A stretch of 64,000 bases of DNA from Pocillopora damicornis (taxonomy: Eukaryota): positions 310,001-374,000 of the forward strand of contig NW_020847747.1 of the NCBI RefSeq assembly GCF_003704095.1. The letters run 5' to 3'. The position numbers and the translations under genes were made by a program. Below, piece by piece: positions 12,549 to 25,416 of the stretch. Numbering within the stretch: the stretch's first letter is position 1; each line of letters starts with the position of its first letter. The notes under the pieces were generated by a model. It saw nothing but the letters and a program-made list of their open reading frames with translations. It was not told the DNA's origin and searched no databases.

Positions 12549-14788
12549 ATGGGATCGTGTCCCTCGACACGAGGTAAAAGGACGTTTATTAATCAAAAAG
12601 TAAGCTTCGAACATTCTACTGGGAATCGCGCCGAGCTATTAGGCACACCGATGAACGAGAGATCCAACGCAGGTGACTTCAACTCCTTCCTGGAGCTCCA
12701 AAATGGCGCGGCGAAGATCGCGAAGCAGTGGTTTGAGAAGGCGAGCGCACTGTCAACAGAGAATCATGACCTGAAAAAGCAAATCCAAAGTTTGCGACAA
12801 AGGTAAGTTGAAGATTATTTTTTTAGATTTGAGGAAACATTCGAGAAAAGGATTCTTAGATTCATGGAAATCATTTAGTATCGATTCAAGCTTTCTTTGC
12901 CTGCAAGCTGCAGTTGTACTGATAGCCTATAATTTTAATTCCTCTTCTTCATTAGGATTGGCGACGACTCAGAAATGGATCATCGTTGTTACCAGAGCAG
13001 TTCTGAGGACATTACAAGTAGAAACAAGCGAAGTGATGTTGTAAAAAAGTTCAAAAGAATAGATGGTGCTCCACGCAGACAAGCGATCGAGGCATTCGGA
13101 AAACCGGATAACAGGAGTGACCTCTGGTACAGAAAGGATGTGACATGCCGTATATTTGTGGTAATATAATAATCAGTAAATGAACCAAAGATCCTTTAAC
13201 TGTTTACAATCTTTAAATTTACTAGGTCAACTCTCTAAACTACGCCGTACTTCTGCATATTGTTTATATTTTTTTACCAAGAGTATCGGATAACATCGTC
13301 CAAAACGAAAGCCATGAGTTATAATTCATTTAAAAACAACACTTGTCTCCATTTTAGCGAAAGGCGTATCTTTTGTTCTACTCTAAATCCAGTAAGTAGA
13401 TCGAGATACAGCTTCGAGGTATTGACCGTCAATTTGACAAATCCTGTGTCATAAAATTATGTTTACCGTAATTGATTCGACAATTCTCGAAGATTATTGT
13501 TTTTCTTTCAAATCTCCTAAAGTTCTTGTCACAAAGATATCTTCGCGTAAGTTACCAGCTTTCGTTTCCTCGAGGGCGACTGACATTTCTACAACTACTT
13601 TAGGAAGAGTTTATAAGCTTGTTAACATTTTGTTTGAATATCGAACATGCCGCTGTCAGTCAAAGAGTATATCACAAGGAAGTGAGCACCTTATGTTAAA
13701 ATTGAAATGACGTTATTTTCCCAGGTGGCACATGATGTTGCAAAATCCACAAAATCTGCATTCGCCCAAAGTGTTTTGCCGAAATTTTTCCAATGTGCAC
13801 CATCCTTAGGAGTTATTCACCAAACGAAAGGATCTAATTCCCCAGAGGTAAATCAGTTAAAAAATGCTAGATACCGTGTTATGATTACAATTATCATGTT
13901 TGTGGCCAGGAATAATATAAAAGAAGCTCTTTCCCATAATGTTAGCGACGATGATGAAGATGATTGTTCTTATTATTAGTAGTATTATTATTGCCTTTAC
14001 AATCATTCCGCTTCATATTTTTCATGTTCTTAAGGAAATGGCAGTCAGCTATGACTTAACAGCCCTGAGGTTTTTTTTGACCCCATAGGCATCAGAGCTT
14101 TTTGAGAAGGGTATGCAGGAATCTATCTCAAGGGAAATGGACTCCCTATTTTTAGGGGAGTCCTTCCAAGTCGCTTGCTCTTCTGTACTTAAGGAAATGG
14201 CAGTCAGCTGTGACTTAACAGCTCTGGAAGAGGTAATTCCATTTCTGAACTTTTCGCAAAAAAATATAAAATAATTTATTTAAACATTTAGTGTCGCGTC
14301 AGACTGGAGTACAATTAAGTATAATTCTAGACAGACTAAAAGAATCACTCAACTACGAGGAAAATCGATTATTTTTTTCAACAGCCAAGTGCTTGCCCAA
14401 TATTTGCATGATTTTCAAGTTTATTCTTTTACAGAAAACGGTTACAGAGTTGAAGAAATTTCGTGATCAGTGGAGAAAAGAAGATCCTTTGCTGCCTTAT
14501 TTAGACGACAATATTTTATTAAAAATGAAGAATTTCATCGCAGAATGCGTACAAATTTCCTGGAGAATGGTAAACCAGCTTCCACCAATAAAGATTACAC
14601 AAGCAAATAAAGTGCATGGCGAGAGATTTGAGGAATTCTTTGAAATGGAGGAAGAAGAGGTTACAGAGAGGGCGTCAACCGTTACCATTTGTGTCTGGCC
14701 GGCTCTAACTGACTCCGAGGGCGACGAGGTGCTTGCCAAAGGAAAGGCGGCTATAATTCCAAGATCCCAAACACATACGTTCGTTTGA
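12549..14788 (+). CDS. Coiled-coil plus mitochondria-eating protein (MIEAP/SPATA18) C-terminal-like domain protein, ~335 aa
   Basis: Exons 12549-12573, 12643-12802 (or read-through 12549-12802; alternative ATG 12651), 12956-13160, 13725-13847, 14089-14232, 14435-14788, phase-consistent. N-terminus MGSCPS, coiled coil ASALSTENHDLKKQIQSLRQR, SEDITSRNKRSDVVKKFK, C-terminal FIAECVQISWRMVNQLPPIKI...VTICVWPAL...EVLAKG resembling the MIEAP domain. Confidence 0.8.
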
Positions 14789-17115
14789 AGTCATGGACTC
14801 CTTCTTTCTTTTTTAGCACACCAGTTATTAAGATCATCTTCGCTAATGGCCAAGTTTTAAGTGATCTCATGAGCTTTCGGAGCAGCTTATATAGTTAACT
14901 TCCAAAGGCATGTGAAATCGATTTAAATTGTAGTATTCGATGCATTAACTCGATTGAGTTGCACGCTCAACCGAGGCAAAAACTGATAGGCTACCACCAT
15001 AAGCGTAGGTAAAATGAGAAGTAATAATAAATATGTAACTGTCTAAAGATAGAAAACAATGACAAACATCTTTTCGCGACTGCAAATCTCTCAGTTAGAG
15101 GGAAACCTCATTATTTCTTACGTAGGAAAGGTTCAGGGCTTAGTTTATGTCTTTGTAGTAGACCGGCAATGGGAAATCGCAAGTTGCCAAATCGTAAGAA
15201 AAAGAATTAGACTTTATTCCTATTGAAAAGGATCCTTAAAAACCGTCGCATGGATGACAATGGAGGTCAGCGTGAAGTAAGCCATACTGTTTTAATTCAA
15301 AAAAAAAAAAGTATATTCAATTTTTTATACATAATCTGGGTAATAGCAAAAAGCAAGATTCTCACTGAGATTCTCATAGCTGGTTTTTAATCAGCCACGT
15401 TATTAGATTTGAACAATTTGGTTAAAGAGAGCATAATTTTCTCTTGTAGCTGTAACTGTATATCAACAACACTGGAAAACAACTGCCACTTCTAATTCTA
15501 ATGCAACGCTAGTCATGAAATTAATCTGTGAAAATGATTAAAGCGATTTACGTCGCATCAGACTAAACTCACTGCTTTGATCAATGTAGCAGTATAGTTT
15601 TTTTTTTTTAATTTCTTTTTCTTTCGATTTTGGAAGCCTAGAGATGCCTCAATCAATTTTTTGTGAAGTGGACACACTTATTTATTCCTTTTTTTTCAGT
15701 ATACCTCAGGTATTTGTTTATTTTACTGTTCTCGAGAATTATTGTTGATGTATAATCAGGATGTGTACATGAATGGACTAAGCACCACATAGACCTGACA
15801 AGTCCTGACTAAATAGACATGTCCCTTCTTAAACTTAGCTGCTCAGGCAGATCAGTTATTTCTAAATTTCAGCCAATAGCCTGCAAGAATTACTTTAAAA
15901 CGGGAAAAATTGATGAAAGGCCGGTTAATTAAACTGGTCTTCTCGTTGAGTTCTAACCTATAACGGATCAAAGTCAGACTCGTCATTGTTTTTTCATTGC
16001 GAGGTCGTCACCTCTAACTTTCAAGTCCACGCACAAAGGAATGCTTTATGTGTACTGAAGATAATTACACTTAGAGTTAAAACTGTTTTTACTTGGCATT
16101 ATTTATTGAGGGCTTTGAAAGCAGTGTCAGTGCAAAACTAGAGACGCTGCCTACAGCTCCCAACTTTCAAATGTTATAAAAATCCATTAGGAATGGATTT
16201 TAAAGGCTGCCAATTTCCTAACCTACCAAAAACCTTTATAATTTACTAGTTAATTCTGTTGTTTTTAATACTAAAAAAACAAGACAGGGAACTCACGAAA
16301 TTAAAATTAATTTTCCATAACGGCGCACTTTGTGAAGTGAGTATGCATTCAGCAATTATTTCCAGTGTACTAATTTAGCTTGCTAATTGCAATACCTGTA
16401 TCATTTAGTGGCATTTGATGGGACCTTGTTTTTCCCAAGAAAAGAGATTCATTTTCGTTTCCCTTTCACCCTTATTTCAGGAAGAAAATCTTATAAGCAG
16501 CTCAATCGAACCAACTTAACCATTTTCAAACCCAGCCATAGGACATAAAGGAGCGTGATTCACATACCGTAAGTTACCCATAATTATTTTACCAAGCGTA
16601 GGTATGCCGTCTGAAACCAGTCTCGAACTCAGACCCTCCCGGTCATAATTAGGATCTGGAAAGACCGGCTGCCGTCTTGACTGAGAAACATCCGGCGATG
16701 AGGTTATTAGGTGCGTCTAAGGGTGTCACATTCATTTTCTTTTAATGGATTTCATATGACCAGACTCTCAAGTAAGCCACTTGAGAAATAAGAATGGAGC
16801 GAAATGGTCCATAACCAGTGTTTAATTAATAGTCACTGTTATTTACACTAATTAGACGCCCGCCAAAAGAAAAGAATGGTCTCATTAATTTCTCTTAGCG
16901 CCTACTTGTGACAGAAATATCTAGACTCCTTAACAGCAGGCTTCAACCGAAACTGAAAACACACTAAACCGTTCCGTAAGATTGGTTTTGTAATTTGATC
17001 GCCCAACCTGCCTTGGGTTTACATTTTCTTCAAATAATCATGATCACTGTACCTTCTGTACGCAATAGTTTTAACCGAGTAGTCAATCATTCTCTCCTAA
17101 TTTTTTACTGGTTCC

Positions 17116-17306
17116 TAAGATCTGATCGCTAATTCTCTCCTCTAGCTGCTACACATTTCTTTGTAAATGAGTTATGAGAATTAGGTTTTTATAACTTCTA
17201 CCTGATTAGTTTGCGTATTCTCATTACCTCAGTGTTAGTTGGATAATGTGTGGATATTTTAAGGAAGAAGTTACATGTCAATCAACTCTGGAAGTTACAG
17301 GTTTAA
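17116..17306. mobile_element. Degenerate MITE, related to 46730-46886
   Basis: Shared blocks ATAACTTCTACCTGAT, TATTCTC.TTACCT, GGATAATGT, GATATTTTA.GGA, GTTACATGT; right end ACAGGTTTAA resembles the 298-507 terminus. Confidence 0.55.
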
Positions 17307-19390
17307 TGGGTAATGATACCTACAAGTCTCCTGTTTATTCTCGTATCTTTAAAAACGAAATGCTCCGTTCTCCTTGGCTTGGTCCATTGAAAGCTACAAT
17401 ATTCTAGAACACAGACAAAATCATTTATGATGCTGATGAGTAAGTTTTGGAAAACAATTTATACTGAGAGAAGACAAGATATTCCATTAGAGTCGCTAAA
17501 TTAATCTTATTTCCATTTAAGTTTTACGTGTCGAAAGGAAACCTCAAATTTTGATTTCAATCCTTTTATTAAACCGTCTCTTATACCTAACGTCGCCAAC
17601 TGGGTTAAAAGCAATTTCTTGTTATGCATGACACGCTTCTTTTCACAGTCGTTTACTAATTTAAAATGCAAGAGTTTAAAGAAACTTAAAAAAATCGTCA
17701 TCTTCCTTCCAAAATCAGTCTCAGAGAGAAATACTTTATTTTCGCTTTTGTCTCAAATACACCGCCACAGAAATTCAATTTGCACGCAAATAAATATATT
17801 TTAACTTTTCTCATTCAAGATGATTAAGAACTTAATCAAACTTATGTTTGCGCGGCCTCACTGTGACAAGTGAGTCACTGCAAACTTATCAACCAGAGCG
17901 CAAACACGATACAAAGTTGAAAGAAAGCCATTCAAACGAAGAATTTGTGAGAAAAGGAATGACACCTTCAGACGTCTTAATTGCAAAAGTTAGGGAAAAA
18001 TTTAAGAGTGAATCTCATAAACTATTGGTCTCTTCATTTGCCAAAAATGTTAAAACAAAAAAAATCACGGTTTTATGCTATTGCTTTTAGATTATATCCG
18101 GAGGTGTTTGCTAGACAAACAGGATACTCACGAAATGAAAATTACTATTTCATTACCGCTCGTGTTGTGAAGTGAGTCTACAATCAGCGATTATTTTCCA
18201 TTTTATTGATTTAGCTTGCTATATGCAATACCGTGATTTGCACGTATCAAGAACGTCTGATCGAAAATTGCTGTTTCCGAGCGAAGAAAATATGCACTTT
18301 CGTTCCTTTTTCTCTCTATTTTCATACAGAAAATCTTACACCAGCCTCAATCTAACCACCTTCAATGTCCTCATATTTTGAGTTTTTTGTAAGAAGCGGG
18401 GAAATCAAGTTTCTGATTGTTAAAGTTTGTGATCGAAAACACGAACTTCTTGTAACCGTCTAGTTTACTAATAAAGATTCTGTGAACAACGAATATTTTA
18501 AAAACACATAGACAGATGTTGTGATTTTTCCCAAAAAGCGCTGGGACTTCAGTCGCTTGAAATCTAAACACAAATTATTTACAACAAACCAGACGACATA
18601 TGTTCACATTTTATTGCATTTTCACTCTTTCAGCGTTCTACTGGAAAGCTTCTAGATGTATCTACAGAAGTTTCATTCAATTATCTTACACGGATTTTAA
18701 CACAAGATTTGTCCAATTTACAAGTTTTTTTCCTCACATACAATTTCGATCAAGCTCCCGTTGATACCATCCCGTTGCCGTATTTACAATTGAAGCTGAT
18801 AGAGAGGACATCGGAGCGTACTCAACGTTGATGAACTATCTGTTGTCAGCTTTCTCTGTCGTGAAGATAAATAAATTAAGAATTGTTTATATTAGAGTAA
18901 TTTAATTTTCAATTTGCTTATTCTCTCGCACGCCACCCGCTTCTCATCGAAGTTTGCTGGGAAATGTTATTTCTGCATTTATTTGAATAACTTATATTAC
19001 AATTTTGAGGCAAAATTTCTAAAATGACTCACTCGTATCTTCGATATTGATGCAGTGAACGAGAATGGAGTACGCGAACCATAAACTAGTTTACTGCAAA
19101 TCGACACACATGTGATTTGGCAAAATGGAGATGTCTTCTTGCCGTGCCACAATCTAAGTTTCAAGTTTATGTTCTATAAACTGCTGTAACTGACCACCTA
19201 AAATTGTAATTAACTTCGAAACGAGATTTCATGTCTTAGGATGATCAAAGAAGAAAGTTTCTTTCGTCAGGTACTTGTCCATATATGATCGGCGAGCGCA
19301 GCCCATTGCATAAATTAACACTTTCCAGACGTCTCCCGGCATAAGTTTCTGTCGTCCTCATCAATTTTTTCCTCACGTTCCTCAAGTTAA

Positions 19391-19942
19391 TCACTTTGCG
19401 GTCATGCAGTTCGTCAAAGTATCAAATAATTCACCGATTTTCCGAGGCAATGCGAAAATAACTTTAATCTCTTTCTCCTCAGCTGAATCGACTGTCCAAA
19501 TCTTGTGATTTGTAATGGTTTCATCGACGTGAATTTCACCTGCGTTTTTCGACTCGTTGTACGCCATTCTGAACGCTGAGGTCAGAGCGGCGACAACAGC
19601 TCTCGCTTCTTCGTTAGACCCGCATAAAAACGCATGACACTCTAATCGCTTCGGCGAGGACGAAACCATATAGTTAAACGCAACAACTTTGGGAATCTTC
19701 TTGTAGCTTGCGCAGAACAAAATTTTGCGTAGTTTGAAAATCTTTTCGGTGTTTTTGCTGCGAAGTGAAACACTGTCTTTAGTAACTGTCAGTTTTTCGA
19801 TGTCCCTCTCGTTAAGCGCACAACCTTTTTGATACACCCGGGCGATGTTTTCCAAAGTCCCAGTCTGTGGATACATGGCATTTTGACTTCCTAAATACTT
19901 CACGCTGCATGTGAAATCCGCTGGTTGCCGTGGCACCTCCAT
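19391..19942 (-). CDS. Intronless PTB/PID-domain adaptor protein (LDLRAP1/GULP-type fold), copy 1, 183 aa
   Basis: SVKYLGS...LTVTKDSVSL...LRKILFCA...PKVVAFN...LECHAFLCGSNEEARAVVAALTSAFRMAY matches the PID signature. Confidence 0.85.
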   Translation of the reverse strand: MEVPRQPADFTCSVKYLGSQNAMYPQTGTLENIARVYQKGCALNERDIEKLTVTKDSVSLRSKNTEKIFKLRKILFCASYKKIPKVVAFNYMVSSSPKRLECHAFLCGSNEEARAVVAALTSAFRMAYNESKNAGEIHVDETITNHKIWTVDSAEEKEIKVIFALPRKIGELFDTLTNCMTAK

Positions 19943-22900
19943 ATTCTCTCGTGTTCTCTTTGTCCCTCTCGAGTTATACTCGGCAGAATTTTGCGTAGTT
20001 CTTGATTTTTTTATTTAAATTAACGAAAGAAGTCCGTCTCCGGTGCTGTAAACACACTGAGAACAGACGCTTGTGCCTTCAGAACGCCTTTTATTTCAAT
20101 TTTCCCTAGGCGACGTGAAACAATTAGTATAATCACTCCTGTTTTGATTCACAATCATTACAGGGCAGCTGAGCGGTTTACGCTTCCTTGGGGAGTTGGC
20201 ACATTAGGATAAAAGGATTTCGCAACAATGGAGATCTGTCCTTTATCTGCTAAAGGAAAATTTCGACTCAACTGACCTTCTCAGAGATGACGCCTGTTTC
20301 AAGAGCAATTATTTTTAGGACGTCGGTGGACACGCTTGTTGGGTTTGTGTATAGATATGTGGTCTCAATATTGGCCTTTGGCGCGTGACAAAACTGCTTA
20401 TGAGCTAAAAATATAAATTAACTGCATATTTGCATTGCAAACGAAAATTGAAAATCTTTATCGACACTTTTGTTTTGGTAAGTGGCTGCAAAACAAAAGA
20501 AAAATAATCAACTGAGCCAGCGAATTAGAAATATGAAATATGTTTTCATAGAAGTTTCTCTCGGTATTGTAATTTTATTCTGCCTCAAACCGTAAAAAAA
20601 AAAACCGGAAATTATGCTCCAAAACGCTCAAGAATGATTTAGGATGAACATATTCACACTTTGCGCACGAAACACGCAAAAGAGACATTTTGAAGCCCTT
20701 AAATTTATGGGTACATTTCGAAAATTCGGATTCCTGCTTTTAACAAAAAGAGCGATTAGTTGAAGAAAGTTTTAAATGTTCAAATCAATGGTTTGATTTA
20801 ATCAAGGTGCCATTAAAAACATCGCAGAGTCTTTAACTTTGCATTTAATATTCAGTAGTCTTTTTAGTTTTCGCATTAAAATTGTGGCGCTTCAAAACAT
20901 TAGTTTTCTTTTATAGACAAGTAAAAATGTATTGAAAAACTTTTCTGATAATGGCATTCTGTACGGTTCTCGTTTGTAAGATCCTCAAAGGATTCTGTTT
21001 TAAAAACCTAAAGGCAGCTTTCTTTTGAAAATCAGAGGACCAAATTTTGTGAAAAACACACTTAATTAAGAGAATTTCGTGTTTTCCTATTTCCGCCCAT
21101 GTTATGTTCACCTCAGAACGTGTCACAGAGCATGCATATCGCAAAATTTCATAAGATCGTAAAATGCATTAGCTTAGAAGCTTTTAAGCTCCCCAAATAC
21201 ACATCCTTCATTTGTAAATGCCACCTTCCATCTCAGGTACGTGATATAAAACCAGATTTAATATAAACCATTGTTTTTTTTCTATTCAGAAACCTAGTCT
21301 TTCCAATTTCCTCTATCACGTTTCCGCTATAAGAAAAGTTGTTGATAGGCAATGTGTTTCACGTTTTCTGCTCGCTTTATTTTTCATCACCCTTAATTTA
21401 TTAGAGATTTTTTGCATTGACGGACAGGTAAAACGATGAAATAAAGAGCTTTTCTGTAGAGCAACAAATCTAGGAGATAGTAGATCCGCTTACATGTTGA
21501 AGGGCCTTTCCACGGATTATCATTCAACTGTTTTGTTCATAAAATAAAATAAAATTTTTATGATTGATATTCAAACAAACGTTTTTTTGGTGTTTGAGTG
21601 AATCTACATTTTCGTCGTTTCTGTAATTATCATTGAGTCGGATTCCAGGCAGAAAGCACATTTGATTTTTGAAAAGAATGAAACCTTTCTTTCAACTGAG
21701 AGCAAGTTAAGGAAAATATTTGCTCTCTTTGAAACAATGTCACAAGTTGAAAAAATCTACGCATAAAAAAAGCAGAGATTCCGGCTAGACCACTATGACT
21801 CTATGTACATAATTTACAAACAGCTTTATGCAGTGAAAGTAAATTCTTTGCGTGACAGGCAACAAAAAACAAACCGATAGCAACTTTTTTTTTAAAAGCA
21901 GTAGACGACAACTAATGAGTAAAGCCCCTGATAAGAAAACTGATCAATGATAAAGCTGTGAAATGGAAAAAAAAACATTTTGTAAAAACTTTGCATTCGG
22001 ATTTAATGATTTCTTCAGCAATTTTTAATGCAATGCCATGATACCGTCCTTTCTTTGTCTTGGTTTGGCTTTCATTAACAGTTTTGCACAATACAACCTT
22101 CCTCACAGAGACGACCAAATTGAAAAAATACCACAGAGAAAATTAATCCCTCTTGTTAGAAAGTACATAGTCCAAAGACTATGTAATGAATACTGTAAGC
22201 TATTGTAATTCAACAAATAGTAACAAATAGCTAGAAACGTGCCTACGTACATGCGTTCATTCGACTTGGGTGGTTAAATGCACCTAATTAATAATAAGAT
22301 TGTCACATATTTTCACTTGCAAGACAACTCTTCTTAGATGGCACAAAATCTGATCAAATGAAACTCTAAAGACTGCTGACGTAAATTTCCTGCCTAGTCT
22401 GGTAATTCAGTGGTTTTCTTTAGAGGGTCCTATAGTTGGCCTAGTCTTTACCACTTGTCTGTTTCTGGCTTATGTTGTGTCATATCGTAATACCGATTTA
22501 CACGCGTGCGTTTATCATTCAAACAACTATTTTAGTACTTTAGATATTACAAAGCCGCGATAGACTAAAACGTCCACCACTTCCGCTCTCTGCACATTCT
22601 GGCCTCATATCATGTATAAGAATTCGCGGTCGGAAACCGGAAATTATATGTATCGTTGAAAGAAACTTCGCGAAGTTTCTTTACCGATTTTGAACGTTCT
22701 TCATGGTTTCCCCACTACTCAAACAGTGTTTTTAGTATTACCACAGCCATACAAACAACTTTTCGAGGTTTAAGGTTCGTGGAAAGCCATTGGAAGGTCA
22801 GAAGACAAGTTTAACGACAAAAAGTTTATTAAATGGGTCAATATCGAGACCTACGTAACGCTGCATTACTAGGAGACGATTTTCATTACTTGCAGAATAT

Positions 22901-24645
22901 CCTTCACGTCAGGGAAACCGCAAAATACCATTGATAAAACGAACGATATCACAAAAGTCGAGAGAACGAACTGAGAATGATAACTGAAGGGGAAATTAAC
23001 TCTAATTGTAAGCCAAGAGCTTGGAAAATTTTGTGGAGTTTTTATAGATTCACAAATCGTGCACAAGATACTAGAAAAACCGTACGCCCACCGTGCATTG
23101 AAACAATCATGTTCTCGAATTATCCCAAGCACGCTTCAGTGTTTGCATCAGTTAAGATTAATTCATCTTATTTCTCATCCTAATTAAAAATTCCATGCGA
23201 CTTAATTGTGGTCGGTCAAACACTCACAGCGCGGCGCGAGGTTTTATAGCGCTCTCCAGGAAAACAATTACGCAAAACCCTACTTGTAACATTTTCACAT
23301 TGACACGGGAAGTAAGTTGTCTGCGCACGGGGAGAACTATTGACAATTCGTGACCAATTTCTATTGAGATACCTCTAAAGAGAAATCTATCATGTCAGAG
23401 TACCCACTTTTGCGCACTGCCCGATACGTGGGTCGCATATCATTTACGTTTACCGCATCGTGAGGGGCTTACATATTTCTATGGTAATTCAGTTACACGT
23501 CACCTGGCCAAAATAGACTTTTATTTACACATAAGGAAAAAATCTAGCTAAAAACCTTAAAATGTATCGATGTAGAAAAAGACAGCCTTCTTCTGGAATT
23601 TCTACTCGATCCATCGGCTATCATTATGGGAAGTTCACTCCACTCTGCTGCAGCTCAACCCCTACAACGGTAGTAAAAGATTTCTATGCTGCTTCCAATC
23701 GCTGCAAGCTCACACCATGCCCTGACTAAAAATACAATACACACTACCTTTTGAAAATATTAATCTTACCCTGGATCACCTAGATTCCTTCCACGTCTCT
23801 AACTTGATATTTTTGTTTGTTTGTTTTTTTCTTTTTTCCTCCACCTATGCGAGGAAACTTTTAGTATTAGGTTTAAATATAGTGAGAATTATGCTTTTCA
23901 AGCCAGTCAACACATAATCGAGGTAAACTCTTCCAAAAGTTCTAAAATATGTAAATACTCAATCCTGGTTGTTTAAGATAGATGAAACAATTAAAACAAT
24001 TAAAACAACCTACAAAATTAACGAATATTTTTGGTTGCACAGTATGTAGTTATGTGCAATACACATTGATAAATTAGGTTTGATTAACCTTGAAATTACG
24101 CACTCGTGTTTACTTCTATCGTACTAAAACCATATCAGCATATCTATTTTAAACCAGTAGATTAAATCTAACCAAAGTACCATATAAATATCGAATGGTT
24201 ACCTTAAATAGGACTATTTAAATTTGGCTGACGAACATCAAAATACACCCCTTCAGATCTAAGATCTGTTTTTATTCGTGACCATTTTAGTCTGTGCAGG
24301 TACGATTGAGCATTTTTTCATAAGTTGAGAGTAAATACAGTAGTTGTGTGTATGATATTCCAATACCAATTCCGATAATTTAAAAAAATGTCGTGCTCCT
24401 CCAAACATTCACTATGGGTAACTGTAAACACGCCCAGTGCCTTTAGAAAACCCAGGTAAACCATATCAATCCAAAATTCTGTCAATCAAAATGATGTTGT
24501 CTTCAGCCCGCCAATGGCAAGGTCAGTGAGTACGACGTAATACAAAGGTTCATACCGTATACTCAGCGGAATTGCTTAGAGAACAGGCATTAACCTCTAC
24601 ACTCACGAAAGCAGGCTATGTATCCATAAATACATATATGTTATG

Positions 24646-24757
24646 AGACGTTTTGATGTGTAGTATCGCCGAGTATTTTTACTCGTTGTTTGGAATTTTA
24701 CTCGCCCATGTGGCACAACTTTTAAAAATACTCAGCGATACTACGAACCAAAACGTC
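24646..24757. repeat. Inverted repeat (~35-bp arms), probably part of a non-autonomous element
   Basis: AGACGTTTTGATGTGTAGTATCGCCGAGTATTTTT ... AAAAATACTCAGCGATACTACGAACCAAAACGTCT. Confidence 0.7.
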
Positions 24758-25416
24758 TAAGAAACTATTTATTAACCAACTGCTTTTTTTCTTCTGCTAA
24801 GTTCTTCTGATCATTTCTCATCACACGGGAAAAGCAAAGCGGATAGAGAAGCGTAGCGCGCGCAGCCGACTGGTTAAACAGGTTTTTTTACAGTGCAAAA
24901 TAACCTACTGTCCAAATAACCGTACAATATCGCAGGATATTTGCACTCTGTTCGCGCGTTATTTGTATTCTACTTTGTGCAGTTGGATAATAATTTTGAA
25001 TATTCACCGACAAAAAGACCGCATTTTTTACTCAGCCTCTCCAACTACCCTCCCCTCCCCCCTACTCTAAGTTTTTAAATCAATAACTGCTAACACCGAT
25101 ATGTGACAACTGCAATGATTGAAAAAGAAATCAGCATATGCCAGACTCTCGGTCGGTGGAATCGAAAACAACGTGCGAGAGAAAACCATGAAGTCTGTGA
25201 AAGCACGCCATTTTTTCCCTCCCAGACTTACACTGTCTCCATAGATCGACCACCTAGCACCGACTAAAATAAGGAAAAAATTTAGCAGTTATAGGCCAGA
25301 TTGATAGATCGAGATGATTCAAAATGCGGAGTTTTCAGCCTTACGGTCGCCATCTTGGGAATGACTGACCGAGAAAAGGTTGGGTACAGGTTTAAAAATT
25401 ACTAGCTACCAGTCTC

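Noticed and set aside
22869-23183. Overlapping 87-aa and 68-aa ORFs
   Set aside because: No homology recognised and no convincing splice context; probably repeat-derived.
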